A DNA stretch of 42,927 nt, taken from sequence record LR595868.1. The stretch is one strand, 5' to 3'. Each line of letters starts with the position of its first letter. Position 1 is the first letter of the stretch. Shown here piece after piece: positions 29,696-38,160 of the stretch. This DNA is from Escherichia virus mEp460_4F5. The notes beneath the pieces were generated by a model that saw only the letters and a list, made by a program, of their open reading frames with translations, had not been told where the DNA came from and ran no database searches. The position numbers and the translations under genes are program-made.

Positions 29696-30098
29696 TTTGC
29701 TGCTCCTCATCATATCGACCCTGCAAGGTCGGTTGGTTTCTCCACAAAACAGAGAAGAACACCTGCGGTGGCAGCCGCCCGGATGGATTGGGTTATGAGC
29801 CCGTCGTCCGGTGATGCTCTTCTCTGTTTTGTAAAAAGAGCGGTACCAGCCGGAAGCAAGTGTACAAACTGGTACCGCCAAAGCAGTGGCTGTTGTGGTG
29901 CCGGGTGCCTCCCGGTGCCTGGCGAAGGTTGCACACCAGGCGGGTGGGTATCCACAGAAGGTCGACTGTCAGTCTCAACCTTAACCCGCGTGCGCTGAGC
30001 CGCATTCACCACAACGCTAAGGATTCTCTCTGGTTGAAAATACTTAGCTGTTATGTGCCTGCTTTTAGCCACATCAGGCGAGGTGGTAGGTACGTGAG
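29696..30098 (-). other. Structured non-coding region within the early-left operon (candidate RNA element)
   Basis: About 400 nt without a convincing ORF; 15-bp perfect inverted repeat ACAAAACAGAGAAGA (about 29744-29758) with TCTTCTCTGTTTTGT (about 29818-29832); 10-bp stem GCGGTACCAG (29840-29849) with CTGGTACCGC (29869-29878); several further GC-rich hairpins to about 29960. Confidence 0.45.
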
Positions 30099-30473
30099 CT
30101 ACTTGGTGGTATTTGCCTTCGATGAGGCAAGATAGGCATCAAGATCACTTTTTAGGTAAATAACCTTTCTACCGATTTTTAAAAAAGGTATTCGAACTTT
30201 TCCTGTGCTAGCCCAATTAGCTAAGGTTTGCGCTTCTACGCCGATATAGGCTGCGGCGTCTTCTCTATTCATTTTTTCATGTTGTTCTGACAGAATACTC
30301 GTTGCTTCAAAATCAAAGCCCAGCCTTTCAAAGGCATAGATAATAGAGCCCAAAGCCATTTGTTTAACTGTTCTGTAGTTACTGCTTTCAACTTGGCTTA
30401 ATGCAGTTTTTGCTGCTTCAATCACCACAAGCCAGGCATCTCGTTGGTTGTCGATACTGCCATCCATATTCAC
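30099..30473 (-). CDS. DNA-binding protein with C-terminal AlpA/excisionase-type helix-turn-helix; first gene of the pL operon (not N-like)
   Basis: 124 aa; C-terminal AYIGVEAQTLANWASTGKVRIPFLKIGRKVIYLKSDLDAYL resembles MerR/AlpA-type HTH; no Arg-rich N-like motif. Confidence 0.5.
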   Translation of the reverse strand: MNMDGSIDNQRDAWLVVIEAAKTALSQVESSNYRTVKQMALGSIIYAFERLGFDFEATSILSEQHEKMNREDAAAYIGVEAQTLANWASTGKVRIPFLKIGRKVIYLKSDLDAYLASSKANTTK

Positions 30474-30644
30474 TCTCCTGCCATGTGCGAATCATCCGGT
30501 CATTCATACGCCACCGTCGGCTACTTCGTGGGCGTCCTGCCTGTTCGTTATCTTTGATATAAAATCTAACTTAACTTAGTTTTGATGGCAAGAGAAAACA
30601 CCAAACTTTTCTTAGTTCGGTGTTTTGGTTAGAGAAAAGGGGGG
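30474..30644 (-). promoter_or_regulatory. pL / OL region
   Basis: On the minus strand: -35 TTGCCA (plus coordinates about 30586-30591), 17-nt spacer, -10 TAGATT (about 30563-30568); operator-like ACTAAGT / CTTAGTT half-sites (for example AACTTAACTTAGTTTT and CTTAGTTCGG) overlap the promoter. Confidence 0.55.
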
Positions 30645-31271
30645 CTAGAGTTCGTATTGAACTCCTTTGACTACACCAATGATGAGGCAATTACCATTGA
30701 TCGGGATGTTGGGGTACCGGGGATTTAATGGCACTAAAAACTTTTGAGGGCCATCGATAACTAATTTTTTTACTGTGGCTTCGTTTGTTCCATCAAGTCT
30801 AGCGATGACTATTTTTCCATGCCGGGGTTCTGCATCAGGATCTACAATCACTGTTGCGCCTTCTGGTATTGTTGGGAGGCCGTTAGGGTTAGTCATGGAG
30901 TCGCCTTTAACCTCCAATGCAAATGAGTTATCACCAATCTTTAATGATGTATCTACCCACTTGTCTACTTCACTAAACACTTCTGCTGTCCTGCACTCAG
31001 TAAACTGCCCAGCCTGAACCCACGAGATTACAGGAACTCTGCGCATGTTTGTGACGAGTTTGCCTTCAAACTCCGCACCATAAAGAATGTAATCTATTGA
31101 CGTATTGAAGAACTTCGCTAATTTTGAAAGTGCTTCCCCACCAGGGACATTGATGTCTTTCTCCCAGTACCCCACAGCAACGTCACTTACTCCACAAAAT
31201 TTACCCAATTCTTTCTGGGACGTTCTGGTAACTCTTCTCAGAGCTTTTATACGCTGACCAACCGTTTCCAT
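30645..31271 (-). CDS. cI: CI-type repressor (HTH_XRE plus S24 LexA-like peptidase domain)
   Basis: 208 aa; N-terminal XRE-type HTH (GQRIKALR ... SQKELGKFCGVSDVAVGYWE); C-terminal S24 motifs (Ala-Gly cleavage site in WVQAGQF, GDSM serine, KIVIARL lysine); divergent from cro. Confidence 0.85.
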   Translation of the reverse strand: METVGQRIKALRRVTRTSQKELGKFCGVSDVAVGYWEKDINVPGGEALSKLAKFFNTSIDYILYGAEFEGKLVTNMRRVPVISWVQAGQFTECRTAEVFSEVDKWVDTSLKIGDNSFALEVKGDSMTNPNGLPTIPEGATVIVDPDAEPRHGKIVIARLDGTNEATVKKLVIDGPQKFLVPLNPRYPNIPINGNCLIIGVVKGVQYEL

Positions 31272-31368
31272 AGGAGCACCATTTCTTTAATTACTAAGTA
31301 ATCTTAGTTTTTATTGACCTAAGATAGATTGATAATTAACATCTAATAAAACTTAGTTTGGAGAGCAT
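31272..31368. promoter_or_regulatory. OR / pR-pRM divergent promoter-operator region
   Basis: Palindromic operator-like sites TTACTAAGTAA (about 31291-31301) and AAACTTAGTTT (about 31349-31359) sharing half-sites with OL; -35-like TTGACC at about 31314-31319. Confidence 0.55.
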
Positions 31369-31569
31369 ATGACGACTGACGATATCGAAAGCTACTTCGG
31401 CAGCATTGAGAAAGTTGCTGCTTTTTTCGGCATAACAACTGAAGCCGTTTATCAGTGGCGAAACCGTCCTGGCCAGTTAATTCCAAAAGGACGTGCAGCA
31501 GAGGCTGCATATAGAACTTGCGGACGGTTGCCATTTAAACCTGAGCTTTATGAAAAATCTAATGGATAA
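31369..31569 (+). CDS. cro: Cro-like repressor
   Basis: 66 aa; HTH (AAFFGITTEAVYQWRNR); divergent from cI across the operator region. Confidence 0.7.
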   Translation: MTTDDIESYFGSIEKVAAFFGITTEAVYQWRNRPGQLIPKGRAAEAAYRTCGRLPFKPELYEKSNG

Positions 31570-32191
31570 ATCGATTTACAGAAACCACAGATATGAGGGC
31601 TTAAACGTGGGTAAAGAACCTGAATGGAAAGTTGATAAGCAACCAGCATGGCTGGTGGCAGCAATACGAAGAACGATTGCTGATTTACCTCATGGCTATG
31701 AGGAAGCAGCAGAAATTCTTGGTTTGTATAAATCTGATGATATCACCCCAGCAAAAGATCAATTGCATAACAGACTGCGTAGCGGTGGGGATCAAATTTT
31801 TCCACTTGAGTGGGCCATGGTTTTACAGGATGCCAGTGGTACCAGGCATGTAACGGATGCAATAGCCCGTCGTAGTAATGGGGTGTTTGTGCCGCTGGTG
31901 GTCATTGATGACATTGACAATGGTGACATTAATCAGCGGCTGATGGAGTCAATAGAATGGATTGGCAAGCATTCCCAGTACTTACGCAAGGCAACTGCTG
32001 ATGGAGTTATTGACCAAGCTGAGCGTGAGCAAATCGAAGAGAACAGCTACCAAGTAATGGCGAAGTGGCAGGAGCATTTAACACTGTTATTTCGTGTTTT
32101 TTGTGCGCCGGAAAAGAGTAACGCCCGCGAGTGTGCAGCTCCGGGCGTCGTGGCGTCGATTGCTTCTGGTTGTGGAGAAACTAACGCATGA
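31550..32191 (+). CDS. Early regulatory protein in the cII position (function unassigned)
   Basis: About 213 aa from the ATG at 31550 (alternatives 31493 and 31562); overlaps the cro stop; not recognisably lambda cII. Confidence 0.4.
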   Translation: MKNLMDKSIYRNHRYEGLNVGKEPEWKVDKQPAWLVAAIRRTIADLPHGYEEAAEILGLYKSDDITPAKDQLHNRLRSGGDQIFPLEWAMVLQDASGTRHVTDAIARRSNGVFVPLVVIDDIDNGDINQRLMESIEWIGKHSQYLRKATADGVIDQAEREQIEENSYQVMAKWQEHLTLLFRVFCAPEKSNARECAAPGVVASIASGCGETNA

Positions 32192-32526
32192 ACAGTTTAA
32201 CAACACACTACCGTCGCTCGCAACTGATTGCGCTTCCTGTACCGGGTGGAAAAGCGAAGGTGGAGTATTGCTATGCAGTGAATGTACCAGGTGACAGGGA
32301 AATTGTAACCCACAGCTTTGCAGAGTGGGCTGTGGGGGATTTCAACCGGCAGAAGGAGACAGTCCTTTGCGACAAGTTAACCGCTGGTTCAAAGATCACT
32401 ACGGAGTGCCCGTCAGAGTCATTCGTTGGGAGCCTGAAACACAACGGGTTATCTACCTCCGTGAAGGCTATGAACATGAGTGCTTCAGCCCGCTCGAACA
32501 GTTTCGTCGTAAATTCAGGGAAATAG
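32188..32526 (+). CDS. Hypothetical protein (N-terminal half protein-like; possibly frameshifted into the next ORF)
   Basis: 112-aa ORF; the first roughly 65 residues look protein-like, the remainder is Ser-rich and low-complexity. Confidence 0.3.
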   Translation: MNSLTTHYRRSQLIALPVPGGKAKVEYCYAVNVPGDREIVTHSFAEWAVGDFNRQKETVLCDKLTAGSKITTECPSESFVGSLKHNGLSTSVKAMNMSASARSNSFVVNSGK

Positions 32527-32579
32527 AGGTCGGTCATGAGCCTGTTAATGACATCCCAGCCCATTGTGATAAATCGTGA
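32325..32579 (+). CDS. Hypothetical small protein (C-terminal roughly 65 residues protein-like)
   Basis: 84-aa ORF in another frame, overlapping the previous ORF; begins with GTG in the track. Confidence 0.35.
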   Translation: MGCGGFQPAEGDSPLRQVNRWFKDHYGVPVRVIRWEPETQRVIYLREGYEHECFSPLEQFRRKFREIEVGHEPVNDIPAHCDKS

Positions 32580-33528
32580 TCTTGCATGCCGTATTGGTCT
32601 GAATGAGGCAATTGTGTTGCAGCAGCTTCATTACTGGCTGAATGAAACGAATTCCGGCACTGAGCATGGCGGAATTCGCTGGGTTTATAACACGACAGAA
32701 CAGTGGCTGGAGCAGTTTCCGTTCTGGTCAGAGTCCACTCTGAAACGCACATTTGCAAGCCTGAAATCACTTGGGGTTTTGCGTCGCGAGCAACTCAATA
32801 AATCGAAGCGTGACATGACCAACTTCTACACGATCAACTATGAAAGTGAGCTTTTAGAAGAGGTCAAAGTGAACGAATCCATCAGGTCAAAATGCACTTC
32901 TCCATCGGGTCAAAGTGACCTGATGGATGGGCGCAAAATGACACGATCCATTGGTTCAAAACGACACGCTGTCATCGGGTCAAAATGGCCCAATGATCTT
33001 ACAGAGAATACAACAGAGATTACTACAGAGAATAAAACCTCTTCTCGTCCGGACGCTTCGCAACCGGACACGCAGATGGCTGAACAGGATTTTTTAACTC
33101 GCCATCCTGATGCGGTTGTATTCAGCCCTAAAAAGCGCCAGTGGGGAACGCAGGATGATTTGACCTGCGCACAGTGGCTCTGGAAAAAAATCATCGCTCT
33201 GTACGAGCAGGCCGCCGAATGTGACGGCGAAGTGGTACGTCCTAAAGAACCGAACTGGACAGCCTGGGCAAACGAAATTCGCCTGATGTGTGTACAGGAT
33301 GGGCGTACTCACAAACAAATCTGCGAGATGTACTGCCGCGTCAGCCGCGATCCGTTCTGGTGCCGTAACGTGCTCAGCCCGTCGAAGCTGCGGGAAAAAT
33401 GGGATGAGCTTTCCCTGCGCTTATCGCCGTCCGTCAGCACGTACACCGAAAAACGCGAAGACCCGTACTTCAAATCCAGTTACGACAACGTGGACTACAG
33501 CCAGATCCCGGCAGGATTCAGGGGGTGA
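32536..33528 (+). CDS. Replication initiator / replisome organiser (lambda O-like arrangement with internal origin)
   Basis: 330 aa; N-terminal winged-helix-like region; origin iterons lie inside the gene (next feature), as in lambda O. Confidence 0.7.
   Translation: MSLLMTSQPIVINRDLACRIGLNEAIVLQQLHYWLNETNSGTEHGGIRWVYNTTEQWLEQFPFWSESTLKRTFASLKSLGVLRREQLNKSKRDMTNFYTINYESELLEEVKVNESIRSKCTSPSGQSDLMDGRKMTRSIGSKRHAVIGSKWPNDLTENTTEITTENKTSSRPDASQPDTQMAEQDFLTRHPDAVVFSPKKRQWGTQDDLTCAQWLWKKIIALYEQAAECDGEVVRPKEPNWTAWANEIRLMCVQDGRTHKQICEMYCRVSRDPFWCRNVLSPSKLREKWDELSLRLSPSVSTYTEKREDPYFKSSYDNVDYSQIPAGFRG
32881..32988. repeat. Origin iterons (four copies of about 15 bp, CATCGGGTCAAAATG-like)
   Basis: CATCAGGTCAAAATG (about 32881), CATCGGGTCAAAGTG (32904), CATTGGTTCAAAACG (32950), CATCGGGTCAAAATG (32974); spacing about 23/46/24 bp; followed by an AT-rich stretch with repeated ACAGAGAATA. 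Confidence 0.65.
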
Positions 33529-33530
33529 TC

Positions 33531-34019
33531 ATGAGTCTTTTGAATGAAGTTCAGAAATTCATTGAAGCCCATCCGGGGTGTACTTCCGGAGACATTGCGG
33601 ATGCTTTTGCAGGTTACTCACGGCAGCGCGTTCTGCAGTCAGCAAGCAAGTTACGTCAGAGTGGGCGTGTGGCTCACCGTTGTGAAGGAGATACACGCAG
33701 ACATTTCCCGCGCCTGACTGAGAGAGCGCAGGAGCCGGAACCACAATCTGTTCGTGAAACCAGACCTGTGCGCAATTTCTATGTCGGCACTAACGACCCC
33801 CGGGTGATTTTGTGCCTGACCCGCCAGGCTGAAGAACTGGAGTCCAGGGGCTTATTCCGTCGAGCTGCAACGGTGTGGATGGCGGCATTCCGTGAAAGCC
33901 ACTCCCAGCCAGAACGAAACAATTTTCTGGCGCATCGTGAGCGGTGCTTACGGAAAAGCAGCAAGCGCGCTGCATCGGGTGAAGAGTGGTATCTGTCAGG
34001 GAATTACGTGGGGGCTTAA
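33531..34019 (+). CDS. Hypothetical regulator (PerC-like C-terminal region)
   Basis: 163 aa from the ATG at 33531 (the track starts at the GTG at 33525); C-terminal AEELESRGLFRRAATVW resembles PerC-family proteins as recalled. Confidence 0.35.
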   Translation: MSLLNEVQKFIEAHPGCTSGDIADAFAGYSRQRVLQSASKLRQSGRVAHRCEGDTRRHFPRLTERAQEPEPQSVRETRPVRNFYVGTNDPRVILCLTRQAEELESRGLFRRAATVWMAAFRESHSQPERNNFLAHRERCLRKSSKRAASGEEWYLSGNYVGA

Positions 34020-34672
34020 TGAGTAATAAATATTGCCAGGCGCTGGTGGAGCTGCGGAACAAACCAGCCCATGAACTGAAGGAAGTGGGCGATCAGTGGC
34101 GCACGCCGGACAACATTTTCTGGGGAATTAACACCCTGTTTGGCCCGTTTGTTCTGGATCTGTTCACTGATGGTGATAACGCCAAATGTGCCGCTTATTA
34201 CACTGCGGAAGACAACGCGCTGGCGCATGACTGGTCTGAACGTCTTGCGGAGCTTAAAGGTGCTGCCTTTGGTAATCCCCCGTACAGCCGCGCCAGTCAG
34301 CATGAGGGGCAATACATCACCGGCATGCGTTACATCATGAAACATGCCAGTGCCATGCGTGATAAAGGTGGGCGCTATGTTTTCCTGATCAAAGCTGCCA
34401 CCAGCGAAGTTTGGTGGCCGGAAGATGCAGACCATATTGCTTTTATTCGCGGGCGTATTGGTTTTGAACTGCCAGCCTGGTTTATCCCGAAGGACGAGAA
34501 GCAGGTGCCGACAGGCGCTTTCTTCGCTGGTGCTATTGCTGTTTTCGACAAGACCTGGAAGGGACCGGCAATCAGCTACATCGGGCGCGATGAACTTGAG
34601 GCATGTGGTGAGGCCTTTCTGGCGCAGGTTCGCCAGCAGGCGGAAAAACTGGTCAGGGAGATGGCGGCATGA
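34019..34672 (+). CDS. Phage Dam-type N6-adenine DNA methyltransferase
   Basis: 217 aa from the ATG at 34019 (TAATG overlap); NPPY catalytic motif (FGNPPYS). Confidence 0.7.
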   Translation: MSNKYCQALVELRNKPAHELKEVGDQWRTPDNIFWGINTLFGPFVLDLFTDGDNAKCAAYYTAEDNALAHDWSERLAELKGAAFGNPPYSRASQHEGQYITGMRYIMKHASAMRDKGGRYVFLIKAATSEVWWPEDADHIAFIRGRIGFELPAWFIPKDEKQVPTGAFFAGAIAVFDKTWKGPAISYIGRDELEACGEAFLAQVRQQAEKLVREMAA

Positions 34673-34995
34673 CGACATTAACTCAATGCCAGCAGCAGGT
34701 GCTGGATATGCTGATTTCTTACCAGAAAGAACGTGGCTTCCCGCCAACCAATCAGGAGGTGGCAACCATGCTGGGATACCGTTCAGTGAATGCAGCGGTG
34801 GAGCATCTTCGCGCACTGGAGAAAAAAGGCGTCATCACGATAAAGCGTGGCGTGGCCCGGGGGATAACGCTTCATACCACGGTGAAGGACGACGACAGCG
34901 AGGCGGTCGGGATTATCCGCTCACTGCTTGCCGGTGAGGAAAACGCAAGGCTGCGTGCAACCCACTGGTTACATGAGAGGGGCCTGAAAGCATGA
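34669..34995 (+). CDS. LexA N-terminal DNA-binding-domain homologue lacking the peptidase domain
   Basis: 108 aa; matches the LexA winged-HTH domain (L...QQ.V.D.I......GFPPT..E.A..LG.RS.NAA.EHL.AL..KGVI.I..G.ARGI.L); no S24 Ser/Lys catalytic domain. Confidence 0.65.
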   Translation: MTTLTQCQQQVLDMLISYQKERGFPPTNQEVATMLGYRSVNAAVEHLRALEKKGVITIKRGVARGITLHTTVKDDDSEAVGIIRSLLAGEENARLRATHWLHERGLKA

Positions 34996-35381
34996 AGCTG
35001 ATCCTGCCTTTTCCGCCCAGCGTGAACACGTACTGGCGACACCCCAACAAAGGGGCGTTTGCAGGTAAGAGCCTGATAAGCGCGGCGGGGCGCAAATTCC
35101 AGAGCGCGGCGTGTGCAGCAATAGTTGAGCAGTTACGTCGTCTGCCAAAACCAACGTCGGCACCTGCTTCAGTGGAGATCGTGTTGTTTCCTCCGGATAA
35201 CCGGATCCGCGATCTGGACAACTATAACAAGGCGCTGTTTGACGCCCTGACCCACGCGGGTGTGTGGGAAGACGACAGTCAGGTGAAAAGAATGCTGGTG
35301 GAGTGGGGACCGGTTATCCCGGAAGGGAAGGTCGAGATCACTATCAGTAAGTACGAGAAAACGGCGGGTGCAGCCGCCTGA
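34992..35381 (+). CDS. rusA: RusA-family Holliday junction resolvase
   Basis: 129 aa; RusA-like (LPFPPSVN.YWRH ... RDLDNYNKALFDALT ... GVW.DD.QV). Confidence 0.85.
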   Translation: MKLILPFPPSVNTYWRHPNKGAFAGKSLISAAGRKFQSAACAAIVEQLRRLPKPTSAPASVEIVLFPPDNRIRDLDNYNKALFDALTHAGVWEDDSQVKRMLVEWGPVIPEGKVEITISKYEKTAGAAA

Positions 35382-35400
35382 TTAAGAGGAGAAACGAAGT

Positions 35401-36243
35401 ATGAATAATCTGATGGTCATTGATGGTATTGAAGTTCGTCGTGATGCTTATGGACGTTACAGCCTGAACGATCTGCATCGCGCAGCAGTAGCATCTGGTG
35501 CAAATGCCAGAACCAAGGAGCCGGGAAAGTTTCTTTCCAGCCAACAGATTACTGAGCTGGTTCAGGAATTGATCGATACCCAAAATCTGGGTGTCGGTTC
35601 ATTCAATGAAACTACCCAAAATTTGGGTAGTAAACCTGTCAGTAAAATAGAAGGGCGGAATGGCGGAACATATGTCTGTAAGGAACTGGTGTATGCCTAT
35701 GCAATGTGGATCAGCCCGTCATTCCATCTGAAGGTGATCCGCACTTTCGACATGGTAACCAGCGCACCGGAAAAATTATCCGGGCAGGCTGCTGACAAGA
35801 TGCAGGCTGGCGTGATTCTGCTGGACTTTATGCGCCGGGAGTTAAATCTGTCTAACTCATCAGTGCTTGGTGCCTGTCAGAAACTTCAGGAGGCTGTTGG
35901 CTTACCGAATCTGGCACCGCGCTATGCCATTGATGCTCCTGCTGATGCACACGATGGCTCAAGTCGCCCGACACTGTCACTGAGTGCACTGCTGAAACAG
36001 TATGGTATACGCCTGACGGCTAATCAGGCATATCACCAGATGGCGAAGCTGGGGATCGTTGAACAACGTGAACGATACAGCCGCACTGCGATTAACAACA
36101 TCAAAAAATTCTGGTCGCTGACGGCGAAAGGCTGCATGTTCGGCAAAAACATCACCAGTCCCGCAAATCCGCGCGAGACGCAGCCGCATTTCTTCGAATC
36201 CCGATTCCCTGAGCTGTTAAAGCTGCTCGATACCGTTCATTGA
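35401..36243 (+). CDS. KilA-N domain protein (antirepressor-like)
   Basis: 280 aa; N-terminal KilA-N-like region (YSLNDLHRAA ... GTYVCKELVYAYAMWISP.FHLKVIRTFD). Confidence 0.65.
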   Translation: MNNLMVIDGIEVRRDAYGRYSLNDLHRAAVASGANARTKEPGKFLSSQQITELVQELIDTQNLGVGSFNETTQNLGSKPVSKIEGRNGGTYVCKELVYAYAMWISPSFHLKVIRTFDMVTSAPEKLSGQAADKMQAGVILLDFMRRELNLSNSSVLGACQKLQEAVGLPNLAPRYAIDAPADAHDGSSRPTLSLSALLKQYGIRLTANQAYHQMAKLGIVEQRERYSRTAINNIKKFWSLTAKGCMFGKNITSPANPRETQPHFFESRFPELLKLLDTVH

Positions 36244-36244
36244 G

Positions 36245-37240
36245 GTGACCGTGAGAGCACTACTGACCCCTGAAATTGCCCCGCGTATGGGGATCGTATT
36301 GTTCAGGCCCGGTTCAGAGCTGATGCCCCTGTTTATGCAGGGGCGTGTCCTGCTGGAGCCTGAGCCGGAACGTTATTCATCTTTCGCCAGTGGTGCCGTT
36401 CCGGCGGCATCACAACCGCTGGCGGATGATCCTGCCGTTCGGGCCGTGTTCCGCAATGAGGCAGTGATCCGTCGTGCTGGTGGCGTGGAATGTCTTGAAA
36501 GCTGGTTACTTCGTGAAAAAGGCTGCCAGTGGCCTCATTCCGACTGGCACAGCGAGAACATGACAACAATGCGACACGCTCCGGGCGCAATCCGTCTGTG
36601 CTGGCACTGCGATAACCAGCTGCGCGATCAGTTCACGGAACGGCTGGAATCAATGGCAACGGATAACTGTACCCGCTGGGTGTTGTCTGTTGTGCGTCGG
36701 GATCTCGGTTTTGATGACAGTCACGTTGTGACAATGCCGGAACTGTGCTGGTGGCTGATTCGTAATGACCTGGCGGATGCCTTACCGGAAAGTGCAGCCC
36801 GTAAGGCACTGAGATTACCGAAGCCTGTTGTGCCGTCTGTCACCCGGGAAAGTGACCTTGTGCCTTCGGTTCCCGCCACCAGCATCATCCAGAATAAAGC
36901 GAAAAAGGTGCTGGCGCTGAAAGTGGATCCGGAGTCGCCGGAGTCTTTTATGTTACGCCCAAAACGTCGCCGCTGGGTTAATGAAAAGTACACGCGCTGG
37001 GTTAAGACACAGCCGTGTGCATGTTGTGGAAAACCTGCTGATGATCCCCACCACCTGATAGGTCACGGTCAGGGTGGAATGGCTACAAAAGCGCATGACC
37101 TCTTTGTGTTGCCTTTGTGCAGAAAGCATCACGACGAGCTGCATGCGGATACCGTGGCATTTGAAGAGAAGTATGGCTCCCAGCTGGAGCTGATATTTCG
37201 TTTTATCGATCGTGCACTGGCAATTGGCGTGCTGGCCTGA
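36245..37240 (+). CDS. DUF968-family protein (nin-region protein with Cys/His cluster)
   Basis: 331 aa; C-terminal CACCGK ... HH ... H motif; start is either the GTG at 36245 or the GTG at 36251 (GAGG 5 nt upstream of the latter). Confidence 0.55.
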   Translation: MTVRALLTPEIAPRMGIVLFRPGSELMPLFMQGRVLLEPEPERYSSFASGAVPAASQPLADDPAVRAVFRNEAVIRRAGGVECLESWLLREKGCQWPHSDWHSENMTTMRHAPGAIRLCWHCDNQLRDQFTERLESMATDNCTRWVLSVVRRDLGFDDSHVVTMPELCWWLIRNDLADALPESAARKALRLPKPVVPSVTRESDLVPSVPATSIIQNKAKKVLALKVDPESPESFMLRPKRRRWVNEKYTRWVKTQPCACCGKPADDPHHLIGHGQGGMATKAHDLFVLPLCRKHHDELHADTVAFEEKYGSQLELIFRFIDRALAIGVLA

Positions 37241-37257
37241 TTTTGTGGAGAAAGTTG

Positions 37258-37599
37258 ATGCGTGATATGTATGAAGTATTGGACCGCTGGGGTGCATGGG
37301 CTGCAGCAGATAACAGTGGTGTGGACTGGCAGCCTGTTGCTGCAGGGTTTAAAGGTTTACTACCTCATGGAAAGAAAACACGCCAACAATGCGATGATGA
37401 TGAAGGAATCATGATTGACAGCTGTGTTGCGCGATTGCGGAAATATAAGCCCGAAGAGTATGAGTTGGTTATTGCTCATTTTGTTATCGGCATCTCACTA
37501 AGAACTATTGCAAAGAAGCAGAAGTGTTCTGATGGGACAATAAGAAAAGAGTTGCAAACAGCTCTTGGTTTTCTGGATGGTGTGCTTTCAATGTTGTAA
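37258..37599 (+). CDS. Q: Late-gene antiterminator Q (QuuD / Q82-like family)
   Basis: 113 aa from the ATG at 37258 (GGAG 7 nt upstream); closely resembles E. coli QuuD as recalled (MRD ... VL.RWGAWAA ... W...AAGFKGL ... DDD ... SDG.I.K.LQ). Confidence 0.8.
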   Translation: MRDMYEVLDRWGAWAAADNSGVDWQPVAAGFKGLLPHGKKTRQQCDDDEGIMIDSCVARLRKYKPEEYELVIAHFVIGISLRTIAKKQKCSDGTIRKELQTALGFLDGVLSML

Positions 37600-37604
37600 T
37601 ATTA

Positions 37605-37627
37605 GGGGGAATTACCCCCCTTTTTTT
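37605..37627 (+). terminator. Strong intrinsic terminator immediately after Q
   Basis: GGGGG-AATTA-CCCCCC hairpin followed by TTTTTTT; the stop codon of the convergent minus-strand gene lies in its loop. Confidence 0.7.
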
Positions 37628-38160
37628 CTCTGTTGCTTTAATAAAATTTTAATATTTTGTCTGATTATGATGAGGCAATGTAATAAAAGAAATACCGTTA
37701 GTATTGCAAGCCATACGCAAAATAAGCATGCATATAAATTAGTTGAAAGTCCAATAGTGAATTGTGCAATTGCTGTTGTGATAGAACATAATATTGATGT
37801 ATTAATAAATGAGGATAAATTGTCTAAAGGTTTATAAAGTACACTATCATTGATTTTGTCAATAGGTATACCAGTGGCAATGCTATAAATTTCCTTATAT
37901 TCCTGAGTTGCAAAAACCTTATCGCGTAAATTTATTATGACAAAGGTATGCAGGCTCAATAAAAATGAGCCCACGGAAATAAAACCGGAGAAGAGATAGC
38001 CTCGTAAGTTTTTATGATAAAAATCAAAAAAGTTAACACTTACTTTAGGTGTGTTTCTGTACAATAGGTAAAGTGCAAGCAATGCCAGGATCGAGAATGC
38101 AAGCAGTGTAAGGTACTGATACCTCAATCTTTTATTTATTAGCCATTCATATAAAGGCAT
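37612..38160 (-). CDS. Four-helix integral membrane protein, second gene of the antisense AT-rich cassette (candidate effector)
   Basis: 182 aa; four hydrophobic segments of about 20 aa; basic C-terminus (KQQRKKGG); overlaps the upstream gene by 14 nt; AT-rich. Confidence 0.6.
   Translation of the reverse strand: MPLYEWLINKRLRYQYLTLLAFSILALLALYLLYRNTPKVSVNFFDFYHKNLRGYLFSGFISVGSFLLSLHTFVIINLRDKVFATQEYKEIYSIATGIPIDKINDSVLYKPLDNLSSFINTSILCSITTAIAQFTIGLSTNLYACLFCVWLAILTVFLLLHCLIIIRQNIKILLKQQRKKGG

Noticed and set aside
29507-30072. Overlapping ORFs on both strands (163 aa plus, 120 aa minus) in the structured region upstream of the yfdP-like gene
   Set aside because: Their products are Pro/Arg/Gly-rich and not protein-like, and the DNA has strong inverted repeats; interpreted as non-coding.
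37597-37627. The late promoter and its short terminated transcript lying within or immediately after the end of Q
   Set aside because: The hairpin starts only about 6 nt after the Q stop and no acceptable -35/-10 pair with 16-18 nt spacing was found in the last 100 nt of Q; it is more simply the Q-gene terminator shared with the convergent membrane-protein gene.
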